In this document: one piece after another, positions 11,446 through 19,996 of the stretch
Position numbering within the stretch: the stretch's first letter is position 1
Layout of the letters: each line of letters starts with the position of its first letter
Source of the DNA: Candidatus Rokuibacteriota bacterium
Lineage (GTDB): Bacteria > Methylomirabilota > Methylomirabilia > Rokubacteriales > CSP1-6
Direction: 5' to 3'
Length of the DNA stretch: 64,000 nucleotides
NCBI GenBank assembly: GCA_003221695.1
Contig: QHSX01000058.1
Span: 326-64,325, forward strand
Notes under the pieces: generated by a model
Database searches by the model: none
What the model was told of the DNA's origin: nothing
The model's input: the letters and a program-made list of their open reading frames with translations, nothing else
Translations under genes and position numbers: made by a program

Positions 11446-12162
11446 CTACTTCTCTTTCTCCGCCTTCTCGGGCTTCTTGGCCTTCTTGCCCTCTTCGGGC
11501 GCCGCGGCCTCGTCCTCCTTGGGCTTGCGCTCCGTGAGCACCTCCGGCTCGGTGACCACCGCCGCCGCCGGGGCCGCCGCCGCGGGCGCCTCCTCGGCCA
11601 TCGGCGGCACCACGGTGGCGACCGCCTGCCCCGGCGGGGTCAGGATTCGGACGCCCTCGGGTGCCTGGAGCTGCGCCACGGTCAACACGTGGCCGATCAT
11701 CAGGGCGCTGACATCGGCATCGATGCGCTCGGGGATCGCCGTCGGCAGGCACGAGACCTCGAGCTCGTGGACCACGATGTTGAGGATGCCCTTCTGATCT
11801 TTGACGCCGGCGGGCTCGCCCACCGGGCGGACCGCGACGCGCACCGTGATCGTGCGGTCTGCGGACACCTCTTGCAGGTCCACGTGGAGCAGGTGCTCGG
11901 TCACCGGATCGAACTGTAAATCGCGGATGATCGCCATGCGCTTGCCGCCGCCAGCGTCGCCGTCGAACTTGAGCGTGAGCAGCCGGGTGGTGCCCTCGCG
12001 CCCGTGGATCATCTTGAGCACGGCCTTGGGGTCCACCAGGACCGGCTCCGGCTTGGCGCCGCCGTAGAGGATCGCGGGCACCTCCCCCGCGCGGCGCAGG
12101 CGCTTGGCGACCGCCTTGCCGGTCGCCTCGCGCCGCTTGATCGTCAGCTCTTGCATGTCCAT
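11446..12162 (-). CDS. rplY: 50S ribosomal protein L25 / general stress protein Ctc, with an acidic/lysine-rich C-terminal extension
   Basis: TIKRREATGKAVAKRLRRAGEVPAILYGG... Confidence 0.9.
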   Translation of the reverse strand: MDMQELTIKRREATGKAVAKRLRRAGEVPAILYGGAKPEPVLVDPKAVLKMIHGREGTTRLLTLKFDGDAGGGKRMAIIRDLQFDPVTEHLLHVDLQEVSADRTITVRVAVRPVGEPAGVKDQKGILNIVVHELEVSCLPTAIPERIDADVSALMIGHVLTVAQLQAPEGVRILTPPGQAVATVVPPMAEEAPAAAAPAAAVVTEPEVLTERKPKEDEAAAPEEGKKAKKPEKAEKEK

Positions 12163-12184
12163 CGTCAGACTCCCTCCGGGAAGG

Positions 12185-13123
12185 TCATACGAACAGCGTC
12201 GAGACGGATTCTTCGTCGTGGATGCGGCGGATCGCTTCGCCCAGCAGCGGCGCCACGGTCAGCACGGTGACGTGCGCCGTGCGTTTCTCGGCGGGGACGG
12301 GGATCGAGTTGGTGACGACGACCTCCTCGAGTGGCGACTTGGTGATCCGGTCGACGGCTGGACCGGAGAGGACCGGGTGGACACCACAGGCAAGGATGCG
12401 TCGCGCGCCCTCGCGCACGAGCGCGCTCACGGCCTGCATCAGCGTGCCGGCGGTGTCGATCATGTCGTCGATCACGACGGCGTCCCGGCCGCGGACGTCG
12501 CCGATCAGGTGCATCGCCACCGCCGAATTCGGGCCCTCGCGCCGCTTGTCGATGATCGCGAGGCTCGCGCTGAGGCGCTTGGCGATCGCGCGCGCCCGCT
12601 CGACGCCGCCCGCATCGGGCGCGACGATGACCGGTTCGCGCAGCTCCTTCTTGCCGAGGTAGTCGATGATGACCGGCGCCGCGAAGAGGTGGTCCACCGG
12701 GACCCGGAAGAAGCCCTGGATCTGCCCCGCGTGAAGGTCGAGCGCCAGCACGCGGTCGATACCGGCCGCTTCGAGCAGGTCGGCGACCAGCTTCGCCGAG
12801 ATCGGCACGCGCGGCTCGACCTTGCGGTCCTGGCGGGCGTAGCCGTAGTAGGGCAGGACCGCCGTGATGCGGCGGGCGGAGGCGCGCTTCAGCGCATCGA
12901 TCATGATGAGCAGCTCCACGAGCGTGTCGTTCACCGGCGGGCACGTCGGTTGGATCACGAACACGTCCGCGCCGCGGACGTTCTCGTTGATCTGCACGTA
13001 CACCTCGCCGTCCGAGAAGCGCGTCACCTCCGCGTCCGACAGCGGCACGCGCAGGTACTGCCCGATCTCCTCGGCCAACGGCCGGTTCGCGTTTCCCGTC
13101 AAGAGCTTCAGCTCGTAGGCCAT
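12185..13123 (-). CDS. prs: Ribose-phosphate pyrophosphokinase
   Basis: MAYELKLLTGNANRPLAEEIGQYL...DLHAGQIQGFF...PDAGGVERARAIAKRL. Confidence 0.95.
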   Translation of the reverse strand: MAYELKLLTGNANRPLAEEIGQYLRVPLSDAEVTRFSDGEVYVQINENVRGADVFVIQPTCPPVNDTLVELLIMIDALKRASARRITAVLPYYGYARQDRKVEPRVPISAKLVADLLEAAGIDRVLALDLHAGQIQGFFRVPVDHLFAAPVIIDYLGKKELREPVIVAPDAGGVERARAIAKRLSASLAIIDKRREGPNSAVAMHLIGDVRGRDAVVIDDMIDTAGTLMQAVSALVREGARRILACGVHPVLSGPAVDRITKSPLEEVVVTNSIPVPAEKRTAHVTVLTVAPLLGEAIRRIHDEESVSTLFV

Positions 13124-13141
13124 CGGCGCCTCGCTCCAGGT

Positions 13142-13216
13142 GTGGTTGGGGCGGGAGGATTCGAACCTCCGAATACGGGATCCAAAGTCCCGCGCCTTGC
13201 CACTTGGCCACGCCCC
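13142..13216 (-). tRNA. tRNA-Gln (anticodon TTG), with CCA encoded
   Basis: TGGGGCG acceptor with U1:A72 (a Gln hallmark), CGGGA-CTTTGGA-TCCCG anticodon arm, GGAGGTTCGAATCCTCC T-arm. Sits between ispE and prs. Confidence 0.9.
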
Positions 13217-13231
13217 ATCGTTCGCTTCTCC

Positions 13232-14158
13232 TTAGCGTTCCCGTCCTATCCGGATCGCCGGGCCTCGAAGCGCGCGGACCGCCCAGCACGTCCAGGAGCC
13301 GCGCGCGACCCGCGCTCGGATCTGCCGCGCGTGGTCGAACGAGCGTGCGACGCCGAACACGGTCAGCCCGCTGCCCGACATCGCCGCGCCGAGCGCACCC
13401 GCCGCCAAGAGCGCGGCCTCCATCTGCGCCACCTGCCTGTGCGCCGGGGCCGCCACGCGCTCGAGCGCGTTGTAGAGGCTCGCCGCGATCCGGGCCGGGC
13501 GGCGGCTCCGGAGCGCCGCCACCATCTGGCGGACGTGGCTGCCGTCAGAATACATCGCCGGGGTCACGCCCCCATAGATCGTCGACGTGCTCGTGCCGAC
13601 GCCGGGGTTGACCAGCACGAGCGCGAGCGCCGCGCCGGCGACCGGCTCGATGCGCTCGCCCCGCCCGGTTCCCCGTGCGGCGCCGCCGTGCAGGAAGAAC
13701 CGCACGTCCGTTCCGAGCGTCGCGGCCAGCTCGGCGAGCCGCGCCGCCGGCCAGCGAATCCCCCAGAGGCGGCTCAAGCCCACGAGCGTCGCCGCGGCGT
13801 CCGCTGAGCCGCCGCCGAGGCCGGCCGCCACCGGGATCCGCTTGTCGAGCGTGATGCGAGCCCCGCGACTCACCACGGCCGCCGCCTGTAACGCCCGCGC
13901 CGCCCGCACGACCAGATTGCTTCCGTCGCTCGGAACATCCGGCGCGCTGACGCGCAGTTCCAGGACGGGGGCGTCCTCGATCACCAGCCGATCAGACAGG
14001 TCCACGGCCTGCATGACCGTGGCGACTTCGTGATAACCGTCGTCCCGTTTGCCCAGAACCTCCAGGGCCAGGTTGATCTTGGCCGCGGCGCTGAGCACGA
14101 GCCGACGGGCGACCCCCGACCGCTTCGACAAGGCACCGAAGGGTAGCACGCGGCCCAC
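13232..14158 (-). CDS. ispE: 4-diphosphocytidyl-2-C-methyl-D-erythritol kinase
   Basis: GHMP kinase motifs KINLALEV..KRDDGYHEV and PVAAGLGGGSADAAA. lolB-ispE-prs synteny. Confidence 0.85.
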   Translation of the reverse strand: MGRVLPFGALSKRSGVARRLVLSAAAKINLALEVLGKRDDGYHEVATVMQAVDLSDRLVIEDAPVLELRVSAPDVPSDGSNLVVRAARALQAAAVVSRGARITLDKRIPVAAGLGGGSADAAATLVGLSRLWGIRWPAARLAELAATLGTDVRFFLHGGAARGTGRGERIEPVAGAALALVLVNPGVGTSTSTIYGGVTPAMYSDGSHVRQMVAALRSRRPARIAASLYNALERVAAPAHRQVAQMEAALLAAGALGAAMSGSGLTVFGVARSFDHARQIRARVARGSWTCWAVRALRGPAIRIGRER

Positions 14159-14164
14159 GGGTTT

Positions 14165-14923
14165 TCAACGGATGCTCTTTGTTTTCGCCCCTTTCGGCAG
14201 CGTGAGCGTGAAGCGCTCGGGCTCGATCCCACCGCCCAGGACGAGGTTTCGGTAGGTCACCGAGCCCGTGACGTAGTCGCCGGCCGCGCTGAAGTCAAAG
14301 CCGCGAATGGTCTGGCCGTCGCGGTGATAGCTGATGGTGATGGACGCCCGCCCGCCGCGGATCTCGACGCGCGTGACGGCGCCCGTCTCGAGGTCGAGCC
14401 ACACGCGCTGGCGCCGGGCGTCGCTGACGAGGTCCAGCGACGGTCCGGAGCCGTCGGCCGGCAGGAGCTCCGCCGTGCGCAGATCCCGGGGCGGCGCCGC
14501 ACGGCCAGCGAGCACCGCGACGAGATCGTCGGGCTCGAGCGGCAGGCCGACCTCACGCGCGATCGTCTCGGCCGTCGCGGGCCCGATGCGCGCCGCGTTC
14601 TTCGCCACATCGTAGGCCGTCAATTGGCCCTCATGGATGACGACGAGGGCGAGGGGTTGCTGGCCGAGCGGCGACAGCGCCTCTAGGCGGATCGAATCCG
14701 GCGCCTTGACGAGGAGCACACCCGTGAAGCCCTTACGCTCGCGACCCTCCTGGACGACGACGTCCGCGAGGGTGCGGAGGTCGGTGAACTCGTGCCAGCG
14801 CACGTCCAGAAGCTCGAGCGCGCGGCGGGCGTCGTCGGGGACGGGCTGGCGGGCGGGCGCCGTCGCGCACCCGCCGGCAAGCACCAGCAGACCGAGGAGG
14901 CTACTGAGACGTCTTCGAGCCAC
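14165..14923 (-). CDS. Outer-membrane lipoprotein, LolB-like by position
   Basis: Lipoprotein signal LVLAGGCATAP. Located immediately upstream of ispE, as lolB is in E. coli. Confidence 0.5.
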   Translation of the reverse strand: MARRRLSSLLGLLVLAGGCATAPARQPVPDDARRALELLDVRWHEFTDLRTLADVVVQEGRERKGFTGVLLVKAPDSIRLEALSPLGQQPLALVVIHEGQLTAYDVAKNAARIGPATAETIAREVGLPLEPDDLVAVLAGRAAPPRDLRTAELLPADGSGPSLDLVSDARRQRVWLDLETGAVTRVEIRGGRASITISYHRDGQTIRGFDFSAAGDYVTGSVTYRNLVLGGGIEPERFTLTLPKGAKTKSIR

Positions 14924-16649
14924 TCTTGGCCCGACGCCCGCGATCCTTGAGGTCGTCGATCTTCTTCTTGACCCCTTCGGCGGCCGGGTCGAGCTGCAGG
15001 GCCTTCTCCCAGGCGGCGAGCGCCTCGGCCTCGAGGCCGTTCTTCAGATAGGCATCGCCGAGGTGATCGTAGATCACAGGGTCGGGGTCCTTCGCCTTCT
15101 CGACGGCGCGCTTGAGCTCCTTCAGGGCCTCGAGATAGCGCCCCTTCTGGTAGTACGCCCACCCGAGACTGTCGATGAAGTAGCCGTTCTCCGGCTCGAT
15201 CGCAAGCGCCTGGTTGATGAGCTGGATCGCCTCGTCGAGGTTCTGCCCGCGCTCGGCGTACATGTAACCGACGTAGTTGTACGCCTCGGCGTGCTTGGGG
15301 TCGAGCGTGATCACCTGCCGAAACGCCCGAACGGCGTCGTCGAACTTCGCCTGCTTCTCGAAGACGACGCCGAGTTGAAAGTGGAGGTCCTTGTTCTTGT
15401 CATCGAGGCCGAGGCCCTCCTGGAGGGTCTCCGCGGCGCGCTCGTACTGTTTCGCGCGAAAGTACGCGGTGCCGAGGTAGAGGAAGAGCTCGGATCGCTT
15501 CGGCTCGAGGTTGACGGCGTCGCGGAGAACCGCGATCGCCTCGTCGTAGTGTTTGGTCCGCCCGTACAGAAACCCGAGCTGGACGCGGGCGTCGATCGAG
15601 CGCGGGTCGACCCGGAGGATGCGCTCGAGCTCGGCGCGGGCCTCGGTGTCTTTGCCGGCGTCCATGTACGTGGTGGCGAGGAAGTACCGCGCGCGGAGGT
15701 TCGTCGGCTCTAGCGTGACGGCGCGCCGGAAGGCGTCGGCCGCCCGGTCCCACTGCTTCTGCTCGTAGAAGACCGCGCCGAGCTTCATCCAGACGCGCGC
15801 GTCCCGGGGCGCGACCTCGGCGAGCGCCTCGATCTCCGCCTGCGCCTCCTGGAAGCGGCCGAGCCGGATCAGCAGGTCGCCGAGCCGCTCGACGAACGCG
15901 GGGTTGTCGGGGTTGGCCTGGGCGGCGCGTCGGTAGACCTCGATCGCCTCGTCGGGCTTGCGGCGCGTCTCGTAGACGTAGCCGAGGGCGGTCCACGCGC
16001 CATCGTGGTCGGGATCGAGCTCAACGGCCTTCTGGAGTTCGACGATCGCCTCGTCCCACGACTCTGTCTCGATGGCGAGACGCCCGAGCAGGAAACGCGC
16101 CTGCGAGAGCCGGGGAGACTTCGCGATCAGGCGGAGGAGCACGCCGCGTGCGCGATCGTACGCCTTCTGCTCGACCTCGTATCGCGCAAGCGTGAGGTAG
16201 GGTTCCTCCGCGTCTGGGTTCAGCGCGATGACCCTCTCGAGCTCTGCCTCGGCCTCGGGCCACTTGTTCTGCGTGCGTAGGAGCTCGGCGAGCGTCGTGT
16301 GAGTCGCGGCGTCGTCGGGGGCGATCTCGACCGCGCGCCGCGCCGCCGCGAGCGCCTCGTCGGCCGCGTCGGTGCGCCCGAGCCACTGCGCGAGCGTCAT
16401 CCAGAGGTAGGCCGAGCTCGAGTCACGCTTGAGGGCCTCCCGGAGTGCGGGGATCGCGTCGGTGAAGCGCCCCGACTGCGCGGCGATCTGGGCGACCGCG
16501 TACTCGTAGTACGCCTCGGCCCGCCTGTCCTGGGCCGGCGCGGCGCGGCGTGGCGCGAGGTCGGAGGACGTCAGCCCCGTCCCGGCGCACGCGGTCAGCA
16601 TCGCGCCGACCAGAAGGACGCTCGCCCGGGCGAGCAGACGGCCGGTCAC
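14901..16649 (-). CDS. TPR-repeat protein (about 14 tetratricopeptide repeats) with a signal/lipobox-like N-terminus
   Basis: Repeated A..Y..A..G....A TPR pattern throughout. LLVGAMLTACAG at the N-terminus. Confidence 0.7.
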   Translation of the reverse strand: MTGRLLARASVLLVGAMLTACAGTGLTSSDLAPRRAAPAQDRRAEAYYEYAVAQIAAQSGRFTDAIPALREALKRDSSSAYLWMTLAQWLGRTDAADEALAAARRAVEIAPDDAATHTTLAELLRTQNKWPEAEAELERVIALNPDAEEPYLTLARYEVEQKAYDRARGVLLRLIAKSPRLSQARFLLGRLAIETESWDEAIVELQKAVELDPDHDGAWTALGYVYETRRKPDEAIEVYRRAAQANPDNPAFVERLGDLLIRLGRFQEAQAEIEALAEVAPRDARVWMKLGAVFYEQKQWDRAADAFRRAVTLEPTNLRARYFLATTYMDAGKDTEARAELERILRVDPRSIDARVQLGFLYGRTKHYDEAIAVLRDAVNLEPKRSELFLYLGTAYFRAKQYERAAETLQEGLGLDDKNKDLHFQLGVVFEKQAKFDDAVRAFRQVITLDPKHAEAYNYVGYMYAERGQNLDEAIQLINQALAIEPENGYFIDSLGWAYYQKGRYLEALKELKRAVEKAKDPDPVIYDHLGDAYLKNGLEAEALAAWEKALQLDPAAEGVKKKIDDLKDRGRRAKSGSKTSQ

Positions 16650-17122
16650 CGCTCGGCCCCAGGTTCCGCGGAGGACCGCCAGGCCTTCGTGAGCAGGCGC
16701 CGCGCGGCCGCTGCGAGGGTCGGATCGGAGATCACGGAGGTCGCCGTGTCGATCGCGTGCCGGTCGGCGGCGGGAAGCGACGTCGCAGAGCGCTCGCGTC
16801 GCGCCGGCCGCGGCGCCGGGGGTTCGGCCGGCTCGAGGCGGCCGAGGGTGAAGCGGAGCGCGCGGACGACGGGAACCCGCTCATGAAGCCGCGCCGTCAG
16901 CTCCTCGGCACGCAGCGTGAGCTCGTGAAGCCACGGGGAGTTGTCGACGACCACCGCGAGGCAACCGTCGACGAGCGCCCGGGGTTGGGCTCTCCGCGCC
17001 ACGTCGGCGCCGACGAGAGCGGCCCACGCGCGCCTGACGTGATGCTCGGCGAGCCGCTCGCGGAGCCCGGGGACGGCTGTCACGAGCAGATCGGCGACGG
17101 CGCGCGGCGCTCGGACTCTCAT
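16646..17122 (-). CDS. DUF721 / DciA-like protein (a putative replicative helicase loader family)
   Basis: GCLAVVVDNSPWLHELTLRAEELTARLHE fits the DUF721 core. No dnaC/dnaI is seen in the window. Confidence 0.45.
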   Translation of the reverse strand: MRVRAPRAVADLLVTAVPGLRERLAEHHVRRAWAALVGADVARRAQPRALVDGCLAVVVDNSPWLHELTLRAEELTARLHERVPVVRALRFTLGRLEPAEPPAPRPARRERSATSLPAADRHAIDTATSVISDPTLAAAARRLLTKAWRSSAEPGAER

Positions 17123-17175
17123 GTATCTGTATCATACCCCCTCCGGCCCGAGAGCCGCGAGGCCGAGGTGCTATA

Positions 17176-18735
17176 GTGGCGTCGGTCATGGCGAAACCTC
17201 GGCGCGGGGACAGCTTGGAGCTCGTCATCGACGACCTCGCGTTCGGTGGCGAAGGCGTCGGACGCGTGAACGGCTACGTCGTGTTCGTGCGCGGCGCCGT
17301 GCCCGGCGACCGCGTCCGCGCCAAGCTAGTGGACGCGCGTTCGCGGTTCGGCCGCGCCGTCATCGAGTCGATCGCGACGCCGTCGCCCGACCGGGTCGAG
17401 CCGCCCTGCCCGTACTTCGGACGCTGCGGCGGATGTCGGCTTCAACACCTCGCCTATCCCGCGCAACTCGCCTTCAAGGAGAAGCAGGTGCGCGACTGCC
17501 TCGAGCGGATCGGCGGTCTCGGCGCGTTCGAGCTCCGACCGATCCTGCCGGCCCCCGAGCCGTACGGGTACCGCAACAAGATGGAGTTCACGATTACTCG
17601 CCCGTCTCAGGCCACCCACGGTGGTGGCGGGCTCGCGGACCCCGCGCGCCTCACTCAGGCCACCCACGGTGGTGGCGGGCTCGCGGACCCCCCGCGCCTC
17701 ACTCAGGCCACCCACGGTGGTGGCGGGCTCGCGGACCCCCCGAGCCTCACTCAGGCCACCCACGGTGGTGGCGGGCTCGCGGACCCCGCTCCAACAGTCG
17801 TCGGCCTGCACCAGGCCGACCGCTACGACGTCGTCCTCGACATCGAGCGGTGCCTGCTGCAGTCGGAGACGATGAACGCGCTGCTCGACCTTTTCCGGCG
17901 CGAGATCCGGGCGCGCGGGCTTTCCGTCTACGACGTCGCCGCCAGCGCGGGGCTCCTCCGCTTCGTGTCGCTGCGCGAGGGCCATCACACGGGCGAGGCG
18001 ATGGTGAACATCGTGGCGACGACTCCCGATGTAGAGACGCTCACGCCCCTGGCCGAGGGGCTCGCGCGCCGCGTACCCGCGACGGCGAGCGTCGTCCTGA
18101 ACGTGAACGCCAAGAAGGCGAGCGTGGCGGTCGGGACGGAGGAGCACCTGCTCCTCGGGCGGGATCACATCCGGGCGTCGCTCGGTGGGCTCAGCTTCCA
18201 GGTGTCGGCCAACTCGTTCTTCCAGACCAACGCGGCTCAGGCCGAGCGGCTCTTCGCCGTCGTCGAGGACGCGTGCAGCCTGTCGGGGACCGAAACCGTG
18301 CTGGATCTCTACGCCGGCACGGGTGTGATCAGCCTCCTGCTCGCGCGCCGCTGCCGGTGGGTCTACGGGATCGAGGTGGCGGCGGCGGCGATCGCCGACG
18401 CGGTGCGGAACGCGCGGACGAACGGGATCGAGAACTGCACCTTCCTGGCGGGGGAGGTGCGTCACGTGCTCCCGACGCTGATGCGCGACGGCGTTCGGGC
18501 GGAGGTCGTCGTCGCCGACCCGCCACGCGCGGGGTTCCATCCGAAGGCCCTCCACGCCCTCGTCGCGCTCGGGCCGGGCCGGCTCGTCTACGTCTCCTGC
18601 AACCCGGCGACGCTCGCCCGCGACCTCCGGGCTCTCGTCGGTGAGGGCTATCGGCTCGAGTGGGTGCAGCCGGTGGACATGTTCCCGCAGACGCCGCATA
18701 TCGAGGCGGTGGCCCGTCTCCGACGGGCTCCATGA
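17176..18735 (+). CDS. rlmD: 23S rRNA (uracil-5)-methyltransferase RlmD/RumA, with a 16-aa x4 tandem-repeat insertion
   Basis: N-terminal TRAM domain, 4Fe-4S Cys cluster CPYFGRCGGCRLQH, and a C-terminal SAM-MTase (DLYAGTGVISL, VVADPPRAGF). The THGGGGLADP repeat lies between the domains. Confidence 0.85.
   Translation: MASVMAKPRRGDSLELVIDDLAFGGEGVGRVNGYVVFVRGAVPGDRVRAKLVDARSRFGRAVIESIATPSPDRVEPPCPYFGRCGGCRLQHLAYPAQLAFKEKQVRDCLERIGGLGAFELRPILPAPEPYGYRNKMEFTITRPSQATHGGGGLADPARLTQATHGGGGLADPPRLTQATHGGGGLADPPSLTQATHGGGGLADPAPTVVGLHQADRYDVVLDIERCLLQSETMNALLDLFRREIRARGLSVYDVAASAGLLRFVSLREGHHTGEAMVNIVATTPDVETLTPLAEGLARRVPATASVVLNVNAKKASVAVGTEEHLLLGRDHIRASLGGLSFQVSANSFFQTNAAQAERLFAVVEDACSLSGTETVLDLYAGTGVISLLLARRCRWVYGIEVAAAAIADAVRNARTNGIENCTFLAGEVRHVLPTLMRDGVRAEVVVADPPRAGFHPKALHALVALGPGRLVYVSCNPATLARDLRALVGEGYRLEWVQPVDMFPQTPHIEAVARLRRAP
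17605..17790 (+). repeat. Tandem direct repeat, 48-nt period, about 3.8 copies, in-frame inside rlmD
   Basis: The CAGGCCACCCACGGTGGTGGCGGGCTCGCGGACCCC(C)GCGCCTCACT unit recurs at about 17608, 17656, 17704 and 17752. Confidence 0.85.
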
Positions 18736-19649
18736 CGACGTACGTCACCCGCCGACTCCTACAGTCGCTGCTCGTCCTCTTCGGCGTCTCGTTCGTCGTC
18801 TTTTTCATCCTCCACCTCACCGGTGACCCGGCGCTGGTCCTGCTGCCGCCGGACGCGTCGGCCGAGGACGTGCAGCGCTTCCGCGAGGCGATGGGGTTCA
18901 ACGATCCGTTCGTCGTCCAGTACGGGCGCTTCCTCTCGGGCGCGCTGCGCGGCGACTTCGGCCTGTCGGTCCGCCACGGCGAGTCCGCGTTCACCCTCGT
19001 CGTCGAGCGGATGCCGGCCACGTTCGAGCTGGCGGGCGCCGCCCTGGTGGTCGCGCTGGTCCTCGCGGTCCCCGCCGGCATCGTCTCGGCGGTCCGGCGG
19101 AACACGCTGCTCGACTACGTCTCCACGGTCGTCGCGCTGCTCGGCCAGTCGATGCCGACCTTCTGGTTGGGGATCATGCTCATCCTCGTCTTCTCGGTGC
19201 AGTTCAACCTGCTGCCCTCGTCCGGGCGCGGTGGGTTCGAGCATCTCATCCTGCCCGCGATCACGCTCGGCCTCTTCACGACCGCGCGCATCACGCGGCT
19301 CACGCGATCAGGGATGCTCGACGTGCTGAGCCAGGATTACATCCGGACGGCGCGGGCCAAGGGCGTGGGGGGGCCACCGGTCGTCTGGAAGCACGCCCTC
19401 AAGAACGCGGCGATCCCGATTGTAACGATCGTCGGCATCGAGCTCGGGACGCTGCTCGGCGGCTCGGTGATCACCGAGACGATCTTCGCGTGGCCGGGCG
19501 TTGGACGCCTGTCAGTGCAGGCGATCTATAACCGCGATTACCCCGTGGTCCAGGCAGCGGTATTCCTGCTCTCGAGCACCTTTGTGCTCGTGAATCTCGC
19601 GGTGGACGTGCTGTACACGTACCTCGACCCCCGGATCCGTCTGCGATGA
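18732..19649 (+). CDS. ABC transporter permease, DppB/OppB type
   Basis: MTTYVTRRLLQSLLVLFGVSFVVFFILHLTGDP..., EAA-like loop. The start overlaps the rlmD stop. Confidence 0.85.
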   Translation: MTTYVTRRLLQSLLVLFGVSFVVFFILHLTGDPALVLLPPDASAEDVQRFREAMGFNDPFVVQYGRFLSGALRGDFGLSVRHGESAFTLVVERMPATFELAGAALVVALVLAVPAGIVSAVRRNTLLDYVSTVVALLGQSMPTFWLGIMLILVFSVQFNLLPSSGRGGFEHLILPAITLGLFTTARITRLTRSGMLDVLSQDYIRTARAKGVGGPPVVWKHALKNAAIPIVTIVGIELGTLLGGSVITETIFAWPGVGRLSVQAIYNRDYPVVQAAVFLLSSTFVLVNLAVDVLYTYLDPRIRLR

Positions 19650-19689
19650 CGCCTCCGCGTCCGCGATCCCCGGTGGGATGAACAGCGGC

Positions 19690-19985
19690 GGAAGGGACGG
19701 AGCCGGGGCGCGCCTGGGGCAGGCCACCCACGGAGTCTTCCGATCTCGGGCCCGGACGTGATGGGGGGAAGGGGAGGGAGCCGGGGCGCGCCTGGGGCAG
19801 GTCACCCACGGAGTCTTCCGATCTCGGGCCCGGACGTGATGGGGGGAAGGGGAGGGAGCCGGGGCGCGCCTGGGGCAGGCCACCCACGGAGTCTTCCGAT
19901 CTCGGGCCCGGACGTGATGGGGGGAAGGAGAGGGAGCCGGGGCGCGCCTGGGGCAGGCCACCCACGGAGTCTTCCGATCTCAGGG
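19690..19985 (+). repeat. Tandem direct repeat, 78-nt period, about 3.7 copies, between two permease genes
   Basis: The AGCCGGGGCGCGCCTGGGGCAGGCCACCCACGGAGTCTTCCGATCTCGGGCCCGGACGTGATGGGGGGAAGGGGAGGG unit starts at about 19701, 19779, 19857 and 19935. It carries four G-runs per unit. Confidence 0.85.
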
Positions 19986-19996
19986 CGCCCGCTACA

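Noticed and set aside
17605-19985. The two tandem-repeat arrays as a CRISPR locus
   Set aside because: There are no unique spacers between the repeats (the units abut directly). One array is in-frame coding sequence. No cas genes are nearby.
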